From: Salpingoeca rosetta
Lineage: Eukaryota; Protista; Choanoflagellata
DNA length: 64,000 nucleotides
NCBI GenBank assembly: GCA_033442325.1
Contig: JAWQFM010000007.1
Span: forward strand, 82,038 to 146,037
Direction of reading: 5' to 3'
Shown here: positions 40,157 to 54,100 of the stretch, piece by piece
Layout of the letters: each line of letters starts with the position of its first letter
Position numbering within the stretch: the first letter of the stretch is position 1
Notes under the pieces: model-generated
What the model was told of the DNA's origin: nothing
The model's input: the letters and a program-made list of their open reading frames with translations, nothing else
Databases searched by the model: none
Position numbers and translations under genes: made by a program

Positions 40157-43100
40157 TCGCATCAAACAACATGCAACGCACACGCACACGCACGGCGCCC
40201 ACTCATTCATCCACCCGTTCACGCACTCATCCACTCATTCACTCATCCTTCTCTCCCCGCCTGCCGCCTTGACACCGTGTAAAGCTGGTGGAGTACTTGG
40301 AGTTTCTGCTGCTGCACACATGGCGGCGACGCTGGCTGCTCGCTGGCTGCCAGGAAACCGACGACAAGGTATGCTGTGTGTACGTGCGTATGTGTGCGTG
40401 CGTGCGTGCGAAAATGCCTCCTCGTCCACCGAATCTTGAGGCTGCTTCGTATTCAGCCTCAGTCCACACATGCCATTCACACAAACACCTCTCGCTGTCA
40501 CATGATTACATCATCACATCGCATCGAATACACATTGTGTCTCTTTAATCACTGTGCTCACATGCCCAAAATGTGACCTGCACACGACAGGATGAGCTGA
40601 TCGAGTTGTCGTTTCCCGGCGACCCGCACTACGGCGCCGATGTGGACGAAATCAGGAGGCACAGAGGTACAGTGAGCAGCTGAGATCTGTATTGGTACTG
40701 TGGCCTCGTGTGTCCTTCCTTTGTCTGCACGCTCCCTTGCCTGCAGGCAACATCTCCTTCCGTGTGTGGGATGTGCGTTTGTTGAGCAACCACGGGACGT
40801 CAGGAAATGCGCTTGTGCGTTCCACGTCGCGCAGTGATACCACCCTACTCACAGCCATCACGGGCACACAACCTCGCACACAGATGCGTGCAACTTCGCC
40901 ACAGAGGCGGCGCGACGCCAAAACTCGTACATCCGTGAACTCCGCACCCAAAACAGCAACGCAAGGTGCGCTGTGGTCTCGCATGTGGTTTGTACCTTGC
41001 GTTTGTTGCTGTTGCATGTATTCGTGGTTGTTGTGTGCGTGTATTGATGATATGTGTGCACGTGTGTGCGTGTATTGATGATGTGTGTGCACGTGTGTGT
41101 GTGTGTGTGCATGCAACGTGCATCAGGTGAGACAAGACCTTAAATGTTGTAATACAAGGCATGGTTTGCTTGGTGGTACTGACGCTATCTTAAACACGCT
41201 GTGCCACATGTACACATTACACTTTCTGCACCACACTCCTCCATGACACAGTCTTGAGTGGGACAATGACCTTGGCGGTGTGCGTCCTGGCTCGGGCTAT
41301 TTCGACAACATCGACCATCTTGGCGGCGTGATTGCACAGCAGCCTCGCAGCAGGTGCACACCGCTGCTGTTGTTGACGTTTGAATGCTGTTGCCGCTGTT
41401 GTTGACGTTGGTGATGATGTCGGAAAAACGAGTGGGCCTACTACTTTTTTGTTGTTGATCGTGCTGATGGTTGTGGCTGGTTTGCATTGGTTGTCTTTGT
41501 TTCTGCCATCCACACATCACGCATTCCAATCATCACGACGACATACTCAACGATGGCCCATCACAACCACCGTGTTTGTTGCGACATCAGGACTGAAAGT
41601 GACAGCAGCGGACAATCGGGCCAGTTCGACTCGCTGGACGCGCTCTTGTTTCTCGACACGCCTGCACATCAGCAGCAGCAGCAGCAGCGGGACAGTGGTG
41701 CCCGCCACCAGGCAACGACGCACCAACAACACCAACAACAAATGTCGAGAGGGGGCAGCAACGGCACGCGCCCACCTCAAGCCCAAGATGTCGTTTTGTT
41801 GCACGACGACAATGACGACCATCAACATCAAGGCCGCGATGTGTACGCTGAAACTGACGATATTGCTGATGACGATGATGATGATGATGGCGCGAAGCTG
41901 CACCGTGGCACATCATCTTCGCAGCAGGAGCACACGATCCGGGTGATCAGTTCTCGAAGACGACGGAAGCAATCGATGGCCGCCAATTCTCGCGCGTACG
42001 CCTCCACACGCAGCACACGCGCACACCAGCAGCACGCCTCGATGCAACGGGGTGCTGCTGCTCGCCGGTCTAGCAGGAAGACGACGCTTCGCTCCAGGTG
42101 GGATGATGAGCCTGGGATTAAGATGGAGATGGCGAGGAGCAGTGTGACGGGTTGACAGAAGACGCTTTGTATTGCAGTCAGCGTCGTTGATCATACACGC
42201 ACACAAGCACACAGGCTGACACACGCGCACATACGAACATACACTTATTTCCCTCATTTACTCACGCTCTTACGCTCGCCAACTCACTCACTTGTTCACG
42301 CTAGGTCTGCCTCGCGATCACGCCACTTGAGGAGCACCGGAATGGCAAACGCCGATTTGGCGACACTTCGGTTTTGCCTGCAAGCAACGCAGGACGATCA
42401 CCGCATCAGTCCTTCGTCTGCACCTGGTCACTGTTTCCAGCGTCCTACCAGCACTTCCCCCGTCAACATGCGCCCACATGGTAGGAAGACGCCCATCACA
42501 TCATTATGATCACACAACATGGTGCACCTGTTTGCAGCCGATCACATGTTGTGCTTGCAAATGGATACGCTGCACTCATGAACACTTGCGTGTGCGTCTG
42601 TCTGTCTTGACGTTTTCGTGCGTGTGTGTGTGTGCGTGCGTGTGTGTGTGTACGTGTGTGTGTGTGCGTCTGTCTGTCCTGACGTTTTCGTGTGTGTGTG
42701 TGTGTGTGTGTACCTTTCACTTTTCCGTTCCAGCAAATTCCATTGCAACGCTGCGACGTGAGGATCTCGACAACATGCGGTAATTTACATCGCTGCTGTA
42801 TTTTCTGCTTTGCTTCGGTGGTCCTGGCTTGCTCATGCAGCTTGTTCCAAGACGTTCCGTACTTTCAAAAGCGCACTCCCATCGATGCGCTTGCGATGAG
42901 TCACATCGACCGCACATATTCACGCATGCAAATGCACACACAAACATGCACACCCACCCATTTTGTTTGCAGGTGTGCGCTGGCAGCATCAGATCCGCGA
43001 AAAGTCACGCTTCGCCCGTACATTTCGCTGCAGAGCAGCCTGCTCGCCCAGCAATGTGAGTCACGTTCAGCGGCGTGTGCATATGTTATTGTGAGCAGTG

Positions 43101-46100
43101 CATGGGAGCGATGGATGTGTGTGGTGTGTGATTGTTCGGACTTGCGTTGTTGCCTTGCTCTTTGCTGCTGTCGTCGCAACCAGAGTTGATGTGTTATGAA
43201 TGTAACCCCCCCCCCCTTTGCAACACCACCAACGCCCACGGTTTATTGCGTGTATCATGCAGCCTCAGCGAGCGTGAAATCAAACGCCAGCAACGAAGGG
43301 CCCGCATACGATCTCGTGTCGGATGCGTCTGAGTCGCGAACGCCAACACCGCACACTGGCACAGGAACCTGCGGAACACACGACGGGGCGGCACAGCGCA
43401 CGGAGCGGTGCAGGCAGCACAGTTGTGTTGAAGACGCGAGTCGTCGCGGCGACACCAGCGTTACCAGTGTTCACCAAGGACACACCGAAATGGTGATGGC
43501 CCAAGATGAACCTCAATCTACAGCCGACGGCCGATTCGCGCAACCCAGCCAAGAACGAGAGCAGCAGCAGCGACACCAACAGCAGCGACAACGACAACAA
43601 GAGCACGAAACAGAGGCGTCATCAGCTGGAAGCGCCGCATCAGACGAAGATCCATACGTCACCATCGGTAAGTTGTGGTTGATTCCCCCTTTTCTGTTGC
43701 CGGCAGTCTTGATCTCTCCCTGCGTGAGACACACAGTCATGTTAATAATCACGTACACTCACACACTTACACATTTACACACTTACACACTTAAACACAC
43801 ACACACACACACTTTCTTACACACGTGTATAGACCCTCGGTTCGCGCCCATTTGGCGAAACGTGCCCATCCCAAACACGCGGCCAGAGGTGCAGCAATCA
43901 CCAGGAGAAGTACCATTTACCACCGTGGCCAACAGCAGCAACACCAGCAGCAACAACAGCAACAACAGCACCGGCGGCGATGATGCAAAGGCTACCACAC
44001 CCAATGCAACAGACATTAGTGTTCAAGCAGCATCAACTCCAGCGAAAGGCCCCCTCACGCCAGCACAACTCGCCGACCTGCGGACCCGAAAGTACACGGG
44101 CATCAGCCAAACAGCACTTGTTGCGCTGCGCAGGCGCACGCGCACCGCAAATGCCACGATGAACGTCGCCCTGCGTCAGAACAGCGCACGCGGGTTGCCT
44201 GCAGGCACGGCATCAAAGGATACTCCCGCTCAACCCGCACATGGCAGCGAAGGCGATGCGAGCGTGATCAGTGTCAGCGACAGCAACCCAAACACAGACA
44301 GCAGCACCACGACCAGCAGTGCAGGCGCGAAAGACAAGGTGCAGCAGAAGGACCAGCAGCAGCAACACAGAAAGAAGAACAAGAAAACGAAGAAGAGGCG
44401 ACATGTGTGGTTGAGGCGGAAGCGACACCACAACCAGCCAGCACAGCGTCCCACGTCTCACCACGACGATGACTCGTCTGATGACGAGTGTGCAGCAAGG
44501 AATGGTGCGGGTAACGCCAGCACGGGTATTCGTGTGGATGCACGACACGACGGAGCCGATGTTCATGACGAAGCGACTTGGCTGCCCTACCGACAGCAGC
44601 GCTGGTCCATGTCAAACGCATCCGTGCTTGGGATGCCGGGGAGCGCGCGCATATCCCCGCAGCCGTCCGCAACCACTTGGCCTGCGCCCCCAGAGATTTG
44701 GGGTGATCACTTCCCGTCGGGTGTGAGGCACGATGCTTACAGCAGCCCAGGAGGCATGCATGCACATGTACTGGATAGCACGCCAACCGCAAGTACTCCC
44801 CACGAAGTTGCCGTGTCACTGCCAGGGTATGACGACGTGAGCCATGAAGAAGGTAAAATCATCAAGTACGACTCCTCCTCGCGCGGGAGTGAGAATTCGT
44901 CAGAAGCCGTGTTCCCACAGCTGCGTGGTGACAATGGGCGCGATGCTGCTACTGATGGTGATGATGGTGATGATGGTGATGATGGTGATGATGACGAGGG
45001 GGATGGCGATAGCAACAGCGGTACGCACGCGACTCTTCCATCGACGGACAGCGGGCACCCCAGTGACGCTGACACACGTGTAGCGGGCAACGACGTGGTG
45101 CCATATGTCAGCATGAACGTTCAGCGAGGTGCGTTGCACGGCCGTGAATATGCGGATGTGGGGATGTGGTACGGCCTTGTCTTGCCTGCTGTGTGTGCGT
45201 GCGTGTGTGTGTGTGTGTGCGTGCGTGTGTGCGTGCGTGTGTGTGTGCGTGCGTGTGTGAGTGTGTGTGCATGTGTGTATGTGTTGCTGATGGGTGTTGG
45301 TGTGCAGCGCGAGAATGACAACACCACTGCTCATTGTCACGCTTGCGTACGAATTCGTGTCTATTGCGTTCTGCAGGCCGTCCGTGCGCGCTGAGTCTTC
45401 GCAACAAGACATCGACGGAGCAGACGCCATTCAGGGAGGATCAGCTTGAGATCCAGGAAACCATTGGCCAGGTGAGACGGTGCTAAACGCTACCCGCCGC
45501 GCCATCTGCCGCTATTGCACACGCACACACTGTGATTGAAAAGACGAAGGCTTGTTCCGCAGCACACACACACACACGTGCACACCGCTTGCTTGTACTC
45601 ACACGTGCACACACCATGCATGCACGCACACACTGTACAGGGCGCGTGCGGTGTTGTTTGCCGTGCCATTCTCCGCTCTGACGAGCGAAGCCGGTGTGTT
45701 GCCGTCAAGCTGCTGCCAAACCCAAACGACACAGCAGGTACGAAGGCTTCCATGCATCAGTCTGTGGGTGTGGGTGTGGGTGTGGGTGTGGGTGCTATTC
45801 TTTGGCTGTCCATCACCTGACCGGGGCGTATTGCATTGGTTAGCTGTTGATGCGTCAATCACGATATCGTCTCGCGAACATGATTTGTTCGTTCGCACAG
45901 GCCGTGCGTTGTTGGATGCTGAGGAGAAGATGCTCAGAGGGCTGGATCATACCAATATCGTTCGGCTGATTGGCACTGTCAGCACAACACCCCCCATGCT
46001 CGTGTTCGAGTACATGCGACACGGCTCTCTCGACAAGGTATGTGCAACACACACGGCACTGGTGTATTGACGTTTATCACATTGCACGCTGTTGTTGATA

Positions 46101-46340
46101 TCGCCCGCATCACACGTTGTTTTGAAACAGCACCGCCCAAGCAAACTAGTTGCGTTGCATTCGTTCATCTCCGACACCACGCCGCCATCGCCAACAACAA
46201 TGTCATCTTGTCTGCTGTGTTACCTCAGGTGCTTCGGAAGCGCCCCCATCGGCCGATTGAAGTGATGCAGTGGGCCGTCAACACTGTTGCTGCAGCAGAA
46301 TATCTCCACCGAAACAGGATCATCCACCGCGATCTCGCTT

Positions 46341-46425
<85 letters not shown>

Positions 46426-47146
46426 CGTGTGACGTGTGAATGCGTGCTTTCCCGCGCTTGGGTGTGCGAAAATGCTTCACAACATCAACCTTCACAACAT
46501 CCACCTTCACACTCATCTTCCGTCTTTCACCCTCATCAACGCCTGTTCCGCGTCGTCCCGCGCATGTCACAGCCGGAACATCTTGCTGGATGGCAACATT
46601 GCAAAGGTACACACATGGACGCTACAAACCACAACACAGCACAACAATCAGCGCGACAATCCCACGCACGACGCTGTGCTTCAGTGCCCACCCTCACCAC
46701 GAAAGCCCTACTACATCTACCACCACGTTCGCCACGCTTACCCCCACTGCCATGCCATCATGGCTGTTTCATTGCTGTTGTGTCACCGCAGGTGGGCGAC
46801 TTTGGCTGCAGCATTCGCCTTCCACCCAATGAGGACGTTGTCACGGAGACAGAGGCAACCATTCCAGTCAGGTGTGAACACGCGTACCTCTGGTACTTGC
46901 TACTGATTTTGCTGCGGTGTTCTTGGTTTTGAGTGCCCACACATCACCGCCTCACTCCATTGCGTCGCTTCTCAGGTGGACCTGCCCTCAAGCCCTCAAC
47001 TATGGCCTCTACAGCACCAAGAGCGACATGTGCGTTTGAGTGACGAAGATGCGACAGTGCTGTGTCCCAACATGCGATCCTGCCATCTGTATATATGTGT
47101 GTGTGTGCGTGTGCGTGTGCGTGTGCGTGTGCGTGTGCGTGTGCGT

Positions 47147-47210
<64 letters not shown>

Positions 47211-47634
47211 GAGTGTGTTAGAGCGTGTCACTTCCTCCAAGACTCGCGCTTCCCTGTTGATCGCACGATCTTTGTACTCACACTCACGTTACGCGCTTGC
47301 GTACACAATTGCAGTTGGAGTCTTGGCATTGTTCTCTTTGAGCTTGTGTCTGGCGGTACCGTGCCATACAAGGTGTGTGTGTGTGTGTGCTTGGCGCGCG
47401 TGTGTTTGCACTGCGCGTTCTTCTGCATCAATGGTGATGCACTGCCACACAAAGAAGCAAAACGGATGTTTTGTTTGGCTGTGTCGCGCTCACTGTCTTG
47501 CTTTCGTGTTATGGTTGCTGATCACAAACATCAGGGATGGGGCAACATCGTTGTCGTGACACACGTTGGACAGGGTCACCGTCTCCCGCCACCAAAGGTG
47601 TGGGCGTTGTGTGTGCGTGCGTGCGTGCGTGCGC

Positions 47635-47698
<64 letters not shown>

Positions 47699-49392
47699 GT
47701 GCGTAAACATGTCACTGTGCGGACGCGTTGTAAATGCCTAAGTTCGCACGAACATGTGTCAACTTGTTCGTCACACTGTTGTGTAGGTTGCGACATCACA
47801 CAACAACATCCATTGCACCTCATCACACAACACACGCTGCTGCTCACGTGTTGAAATGCTGCCTCAAATGCCGATGCGATTGCCAGGGCTGCCCGCGCAA
47901 GATGTACGAGATCATGATGGACTGTTGGCACCCAAACCCTTCCGAACGGCCAACGGCAGCGGCGCTGAAGCTTCGACTCATGGAACTCGCCTTTGAGTAC
48001 GTTCAACACACCGCCCATCCATGCAGCGACCTGGTTTTTTTCATGTTCGACCCGATGCGTGACAATTGCAAGCTGGCGAAGCAAAGAAGTCGAAGAAGCA
48101 GAGATGAAGAAGGATGCATAACAAAGCGAAGATTTTTCAGTTGTCATCGCCGTTGTGCCTCGTCTCAATGCCACACTCACCACTGCAATACATCCATTTA
48201 CTCACGACAACGCATTCATTCTCATTCAACCCATCTTTGCAGCACAACTGCACTTCGTGACGTGTATGAGACAGAGGACTCGCCAATTCAGGACAAATAC
48301 AGGAGCAATGAGGTGCGCTGCTCTTGACTGCATGCGAGACACGAGACGATGCGATACGAGGAACGCTTTGCAATTTCTTCTGCAACGCATATGGCACAGC
48401 CTCTGAACAACAGCTACGAAGATGCTCACAACTCAGCGTGCTTGTTTTGACAATTTCGCTATTCGCTGCTTCTCGTTGCCTGCAGGCATTGGCGACGTCG
48501 TGGACACTGAAGGGGTGCCCAAGCCTCATCGATCCAGAGAAGGTACACGGGAAGAGCTTATAGGCTTATGGTTCCATGCGACACGCTTCAATAGAACACG
48601 ATCTTGTGTGGACTGAACATGTTTTGCATTTGTTCATCGATGCTTCTCCACAGCGCACGAGTCGAGTCGCAACCTCATATCATGATGCCATCACATCTCG
48701 CTTCTGTTTACAATCCAGATGGCGGCAATGCTGACAGATGATGGTGATGATGACGATGACGAACGCTTTTCAATCACGAGTGTTCACCAGCGAAACAGCA
48801 TCCAGACATCACGTTCCCGCTGCAAGACGCACAGCGGCGCCAAGCCCACATCACGTACGTTCTATTGGATGCAATTCAACCACACAACACAACATAACAC
48901 AACAGCCAGCCAGCAAGTAGGCACAATCATGAGGCGTAGCAGCTTGCACACGCACAGAAACACGCATACAAATGACAACACGCATATCCGCGCACACACT
49001 TGCTCATTGCACACACTGTGTGTCTTTTATGTCGACATGTACATGTGTGCAGGAGGAAACACGCTGAAGTCGCGCGGGCTGCCGCCACCGCCATCCCACG
49101 AAAACCAACCAACATACACGCAAATGGGAACACGGTAAGCTGGTGTGTGTGTGTGTGTGTGTCTGTGTGTCGGTGTGTTACATCGAGCAACTGAGGATGG
49201 CGTTTGACAATGGTTAAACAAGCTACACCCGCCCATCTCACTCCTGTCCCCTTGCAACTCTCAAATGCAAGCAGACGATCAACGGTTGCATATCCGCAAC
49301 ACGCTCACAAGACGATGAGGAGAAATGAGACGCTGGCCATACCAGAGGAAGACGAGGAGGTAGAGGAGGAGAGGGAGTCGGCGATGTATTGA
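37744..49392 (+). CDS. Predicted 7TM (GPCR-like) receptor fused through a long disordered linker to a C-terminal tyrosine kinase domain; about 31 exons, about 1700 aa
   Basis: Signal peptide and S/T-rich ectodomain in 37744-38026. Seven hydrophobic helices in exons 38305-38393, 38568-38660, 38981-39189, 39456-39612, 39858-39980 and 40285-40368. Phase-consistent GT-AG linker exons span 40591-45128. Kinase exons in 45377-47996 carry IGQGACG, VAVK, HRDLACRN, DFG, IPVRW, SDIWSLG and DCW. The tail ends ESAMY*. The kinase call is secure; the fusion is inferred from splicing. Confidence 0.72.
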
Positions 49393-49591
49393 ACCACAAA
49401 CCATGCGCTCTGGTCTGGGTCCGTGTGCACATTTGTATGGCGTGGTGGGTGCGCGCATACACCCACGCAGACCACTGTTGATTGTTGCTGATAGATCTCT
49501 TTTGAGTTATGTTGATTGTGTCCACTGTCACAGCGAGATGGGCGCTGCTTGTTACACGTTGTGCATACATTGTTTCTTTGCGTGCGTTCAA

Positions 49592-49647
<56 letters not shown>

Positions 49648-49878
49648 GACGGTTCTGGCCAACCTGTGGCATAAGTAAAGCTGAATCACATGCGCATCCG
49701 CAAATCGCTAAATGGTCAATTAAAGTGAACCAAGCCGGCGACCTCGGCATGGCAGCTAGTAGGTATTTCTAATTCTCGGGCGTTACGTATCAGGTACTTA
49801 TATACGAGAAGCCGACAGCTCGCCATACTGATGATGGTAGGTATCCTCCTCTCCATTGAATATTCTGTAACGGGTTAG

Positions 49879-49925
<47 letters not shown>

Positions 49926-50351
49926 TATGCGCGGATGCGATGTGGAGGGTGATGCATTTAATTACCGTGATGTGACTTAGAGCAAAGAGCAGGGCAGTAG
50001 TGACAAGCAGCCAGTACAAATGATGTGAATATAAACATAAGACAAGCATGCACACGTTTGAAGCACATGTAACAAACACACACACACACACACACACACA
50101 AATGGAATGCCTTGCATAATTGAATATGACCAACGACGACTAAATACGCAACACTGAAGCAAGCTGGTGGTCTAAAGTCGTGCAAGGGGGCGACATTAAG
50201 AGCAACCACAAGCACGTTGGAACAGCCCCGCATGGCTCCGCCAGTTCACTGCTGTAGTTGCAGTGACAGTCAGGTGTCAAACAGTTTTGGCCAGTCGCAG
50301 CAGTGCCACGATACGGTGGAGTACAACGATACCGCGTCAACGCCTCTGATG

Positions 50352-51140
50352 TTACAGCTCCTGCACAGGCAAGGAGCGCTGTTGGAGGTGACACATGGAC
50401 GTTGTGTGAGTGAGCGAAACCGTGAGTGAAAGAAAAAGAGATGCAGAGAGAGAAGCGTAATGAAGTCGAAAGGTAATGGGAACCCAGATTCACAAGCGCA
50501 CACATCACGAATCATGCACCACACTCAAGCACAGCAAACACACACACGCACACACACACACGCACACACACCCACACACTCACTCGTTGATAGCGCTCGG
50601 AGCGGGAGCGTGTGCGTCCATGCTCAGCCGATGTTGAGAGCTGCAAAGGCCCAAAGCGTGAACATGCGTGAACATGTATGTGCATGTGTGCAAGTGAGTG
50701 TGTGTGTGCAAAGGACACCACAGCAGGCAAACACGCATCTAGGCGCACCACATCAAGCATGCGCCAGCCCAACAAGTGCTTGTGTGCCAGCAGCACACAC
50801 CTGTGGGTGCAGTGCGGAGTACGGGGGTGGTGATCTGCGTCCCTGCACGTCATGGCTCGTTCGCGTGCGCCGCAGTGGGTTTGGCGCCGATGCGCGTGTG
50901 TACGGCGGTGGAGGTGGCAGACTTGACTCCAACACCATCGCAGGCTGTTGTGGATGATGCTGCTGGAACACCTGTGGGGATGTGGAACGATACAAGCTCT
51001 GCTCCTGTTGCACAGCAAAGGGTTGAAAGACACACAAGCGAGTGAGGACAGCAGCATGCTAATGTCCAACGTGTATGCCAAGCAGTACACGCGATGAACA
51101 CCAACGTCATGACGCATACACACACACACATGCACACACA

Positions 51141-51189
<49 letters not shown>

Positions 51190-54100
51190 GAACACAAACG
51201 TAAACACCAGCACAGCACGTTTGCCCTCTCACCATGAGCTGTGTGGCGAGTGGAGAGGATGTGCGTTCGCGCACGCCACGATCGGGGCGCGATGGCGGCG
51301 GCACAGCGCCAAACGCCGGCGAATTCTTCGTGTACAGGCCAGCGCCATGATGCAAGGGCGGCGTCCCTGATCGCGTGAGCACCACGCGCCGCGGGGACAC
51401 GCTGCTCGACACGTTGTGTGCGGAGAGGGGGTAGCTGCTGCGGTTGTCGTGGCAGTGCAGCTGCGTTGGCGGTGTTGATGGTCGCGCCATCACATCAACG
51501 CTTCGCCCCTTGATGCGCCTGCTCTCCCGCTGCTGAAGCTGCCCCGGTTGCTGGTGCGCAAACTGATCCGCATGGTGATGGTGATGTGCGTGGGTGTCAG
51601 CGGCGCTGTCGGCGGACATGTGACGGTACGCCATGCGGGGGTGATGTTGACGATGCTGCCCATGGGATGATGCTGGGTGTGATGGTGCGCCCACGTGCAC
51701 CCGCGTCACGGCCACGGGGTCAGGCAACATCTGCCGCTGCAACTGCAGCACACGCTGTCGCACAGCACCCTCTGCCCTCACAGGCGATTGTGACTGCTGC
51801 GACTGCTGTGACTGTAGGAGCAACAGGCGTGGCGAAGACGACTGTTGGCGCTCAACAGACCGCCATGACGCGCTGTGTCGCCGGTGCCGCCGCCGCCGTG
51901 GTTCCTCGCTGCTGCGTCTCCTTCGATCGCCGCCATCGTGGCCGTTGTAAACGTCGTCATCATCGTCATCATCGTCATCGGCATGCGTGCTGCCGTGTGG
52001 GCGGGGCTGCGAGGAGTGGCGTTTCTTCCTGCTCCTGCTGCTGCCGTTGCCCCTGCTGCGATTGGGCCGAGCTCGCGTCTGTAAAGATGGCGGCGTGCAG
52101 CCAGCCGTGCTCGCAATCATCGCGGTCATGCCAACATCATTGGCATCAGCAGCGGCGGCGAGCTCCGCTGACTGCTGCGACCTGCGCCGGAGCCTGTGCC
52201 GCCTCCCACCATCACCACTGCCATCGCCACCACTGCTGCTGTTGCTGTTGTTGTTGCTACCTGCAGTTTGCTGCGCAGCGCATGCCGTTCGGCTTGGTGA
52301 TGTGCGGAGAATCACGTCTGCGTCCACCTCGACACCGCGGGACCGACGGCGCCAGTCGTCTGCGCCCTTCCGCGCCGCCGCCACGTTCTTGATCGCCGTC
52401 TGCAGCGGCACGCGGTGGAACTTGGGCCGGCCCTCGTTCCCATCGCCCCCGCTGCTGCCCCCGCTCGCGTATCCGGTGCTGCCGCTGTCGGTGCCCGTTG
52501 CCGTCGCTGTCGTCGTGAGCGGGTGTGGTGCGTTGTGGCGCCCAGCCCCGTTGCTGCTCTTGTTCGGCACGTCCTCATCGCTCCACCGCTGAGTGTGCTG
52601 TGCCAGCGGTGATGGATCCAGCTGGAGCACGCGGCGAGGATCGCCACTGTTGCCGGTCACGCTCGCATACGAGCCCACGTCGTCGACACTCACGTACGAG
52701 CCGACATCCCGCGCGTCTTCGTCGTCGTCCACGATGGTGGCATATGCGCCCACGTCAATCGGAAGCACGCTGGCGTAGGACTGGCCACCTTCAACAACAG
52801 ACGCATAGCTGTTGATGTCGTCATCGTCATCATCGCCACCGCGCAGCAAGACGCGACGCCTGTCTGCCACGCCTCGAGCAACAACACGCGCACGCTCGAT
52901 GACCACGCCGTCGCCTTCGTCCTCAGCAGCGGTATCAGCCAGCACAGCAGTGCGTGTGTGTGCGATGGCGTCATCACGGCCACCATGAATGAGGCCTCGC
53001 CCAGGGTTTGCAGACGTGGCACGCGGCGACGACCCAAGCGACCAAGGGCTCTCGCCATCTGCGTCGGTGCCGCGCGACCCAGAGCTGCCATCGCCGTGGG
53101 ACGACAGGTTGCCACTGCGCACACCGCTGACGAGTGCACAGGCGAGTTCGTGGCGCGGGTGTAGCAGGCCTGGGGGTGCACCTGCCCGGCCGGGCCAACG
53201 CCGCAGCGCATTGGCACCAAGCTCGCGCGAAGGGTTGGAGACAACCGTTGCCGCGAGCCAGGGCTCGTGGTCGTACACGCTGGACACCCCGACAGACTGG
53301 GAGCGAGCAGGGTGATGCTCGCGAAGCGAGAGCGTGTGCAGAGGAGACGGCAGCGGCGGTGGCGAGGATGATGACCTTGTTGTTGTTGTTGTTGCTGTTG
53401 CTGTTGGTTTTGCAGCTGCTCCGTGCGACAATGACGCTTGCTGGTTGTCCTCCTCACTGTCATCACCACAGTGCTTGTCGTGACGACGGCGGTGGTGGCG
53501 AAGGCGGGGCAGCTGGGACGCGATGGCCTGGCATGCGGCCAGGGTGGGCAGGGAGTGTGATCGCCGCAACGCGTGATCCGGTGTGTCAAAGTCAAGCAGC
53601 GCCGCAGACGACGCAAACAGGTGGTGGTCGCGCGTCTGGTCGGCAGAGTCAGCATGCAGCAGCGCGCTTGCGTCGTTGAGGTGATGCTCTTGCTGTTGCA
53701 GCAGCTGCTGCGGGTGATTCCGCACATCCGTGTCAAACTGCAGCAAGCTTTCGCGCACATGCACTGCACCTGCGCCTGCGCCCGTATGTTGTCTGCCAGC
53801 ATGCACTGGGTCCTCGGCGTGCGAGAACCTGGCAATGTGGCGGTTGAGGTGCTGCAGTGCACGCACGCGACGATGGCCCTCGCTCTGCTGTGCACTCGAG
53901 TCCGCAGAGGAGCGGTTGTGCGACGCGTCGTGGCTCACATCCATATCCTCGGCATCGTCGTCATCGTCATCGTCAACATCATCGTCATCAACATCAACAT
54001 CAGAGTGCGGCAGTTGCATGACTTCGGCGCCGTTGTCGCTGTCGGCCTCCAGCTCTGCCCGAATCTCCAACTCGCGTGTCTGGCGCTCTGTTGGCGGGCC

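Noticed and set aside
40747-40883. Longer alternative exon 9 of the 7TM-kinase (GNISFRVW...)
   Set aside because: Its phase leads to a stop in the next exon, whereas the acceptor before 40884 keeps the frame. It could still yield a kinase-less isoform, so it should be checked in RNA-seq.
49798-49866. Possible extra terminal exon on the minus strand
   Set aside because: The TM-SH2 model already stops at 50352 and no supporting donor was found.
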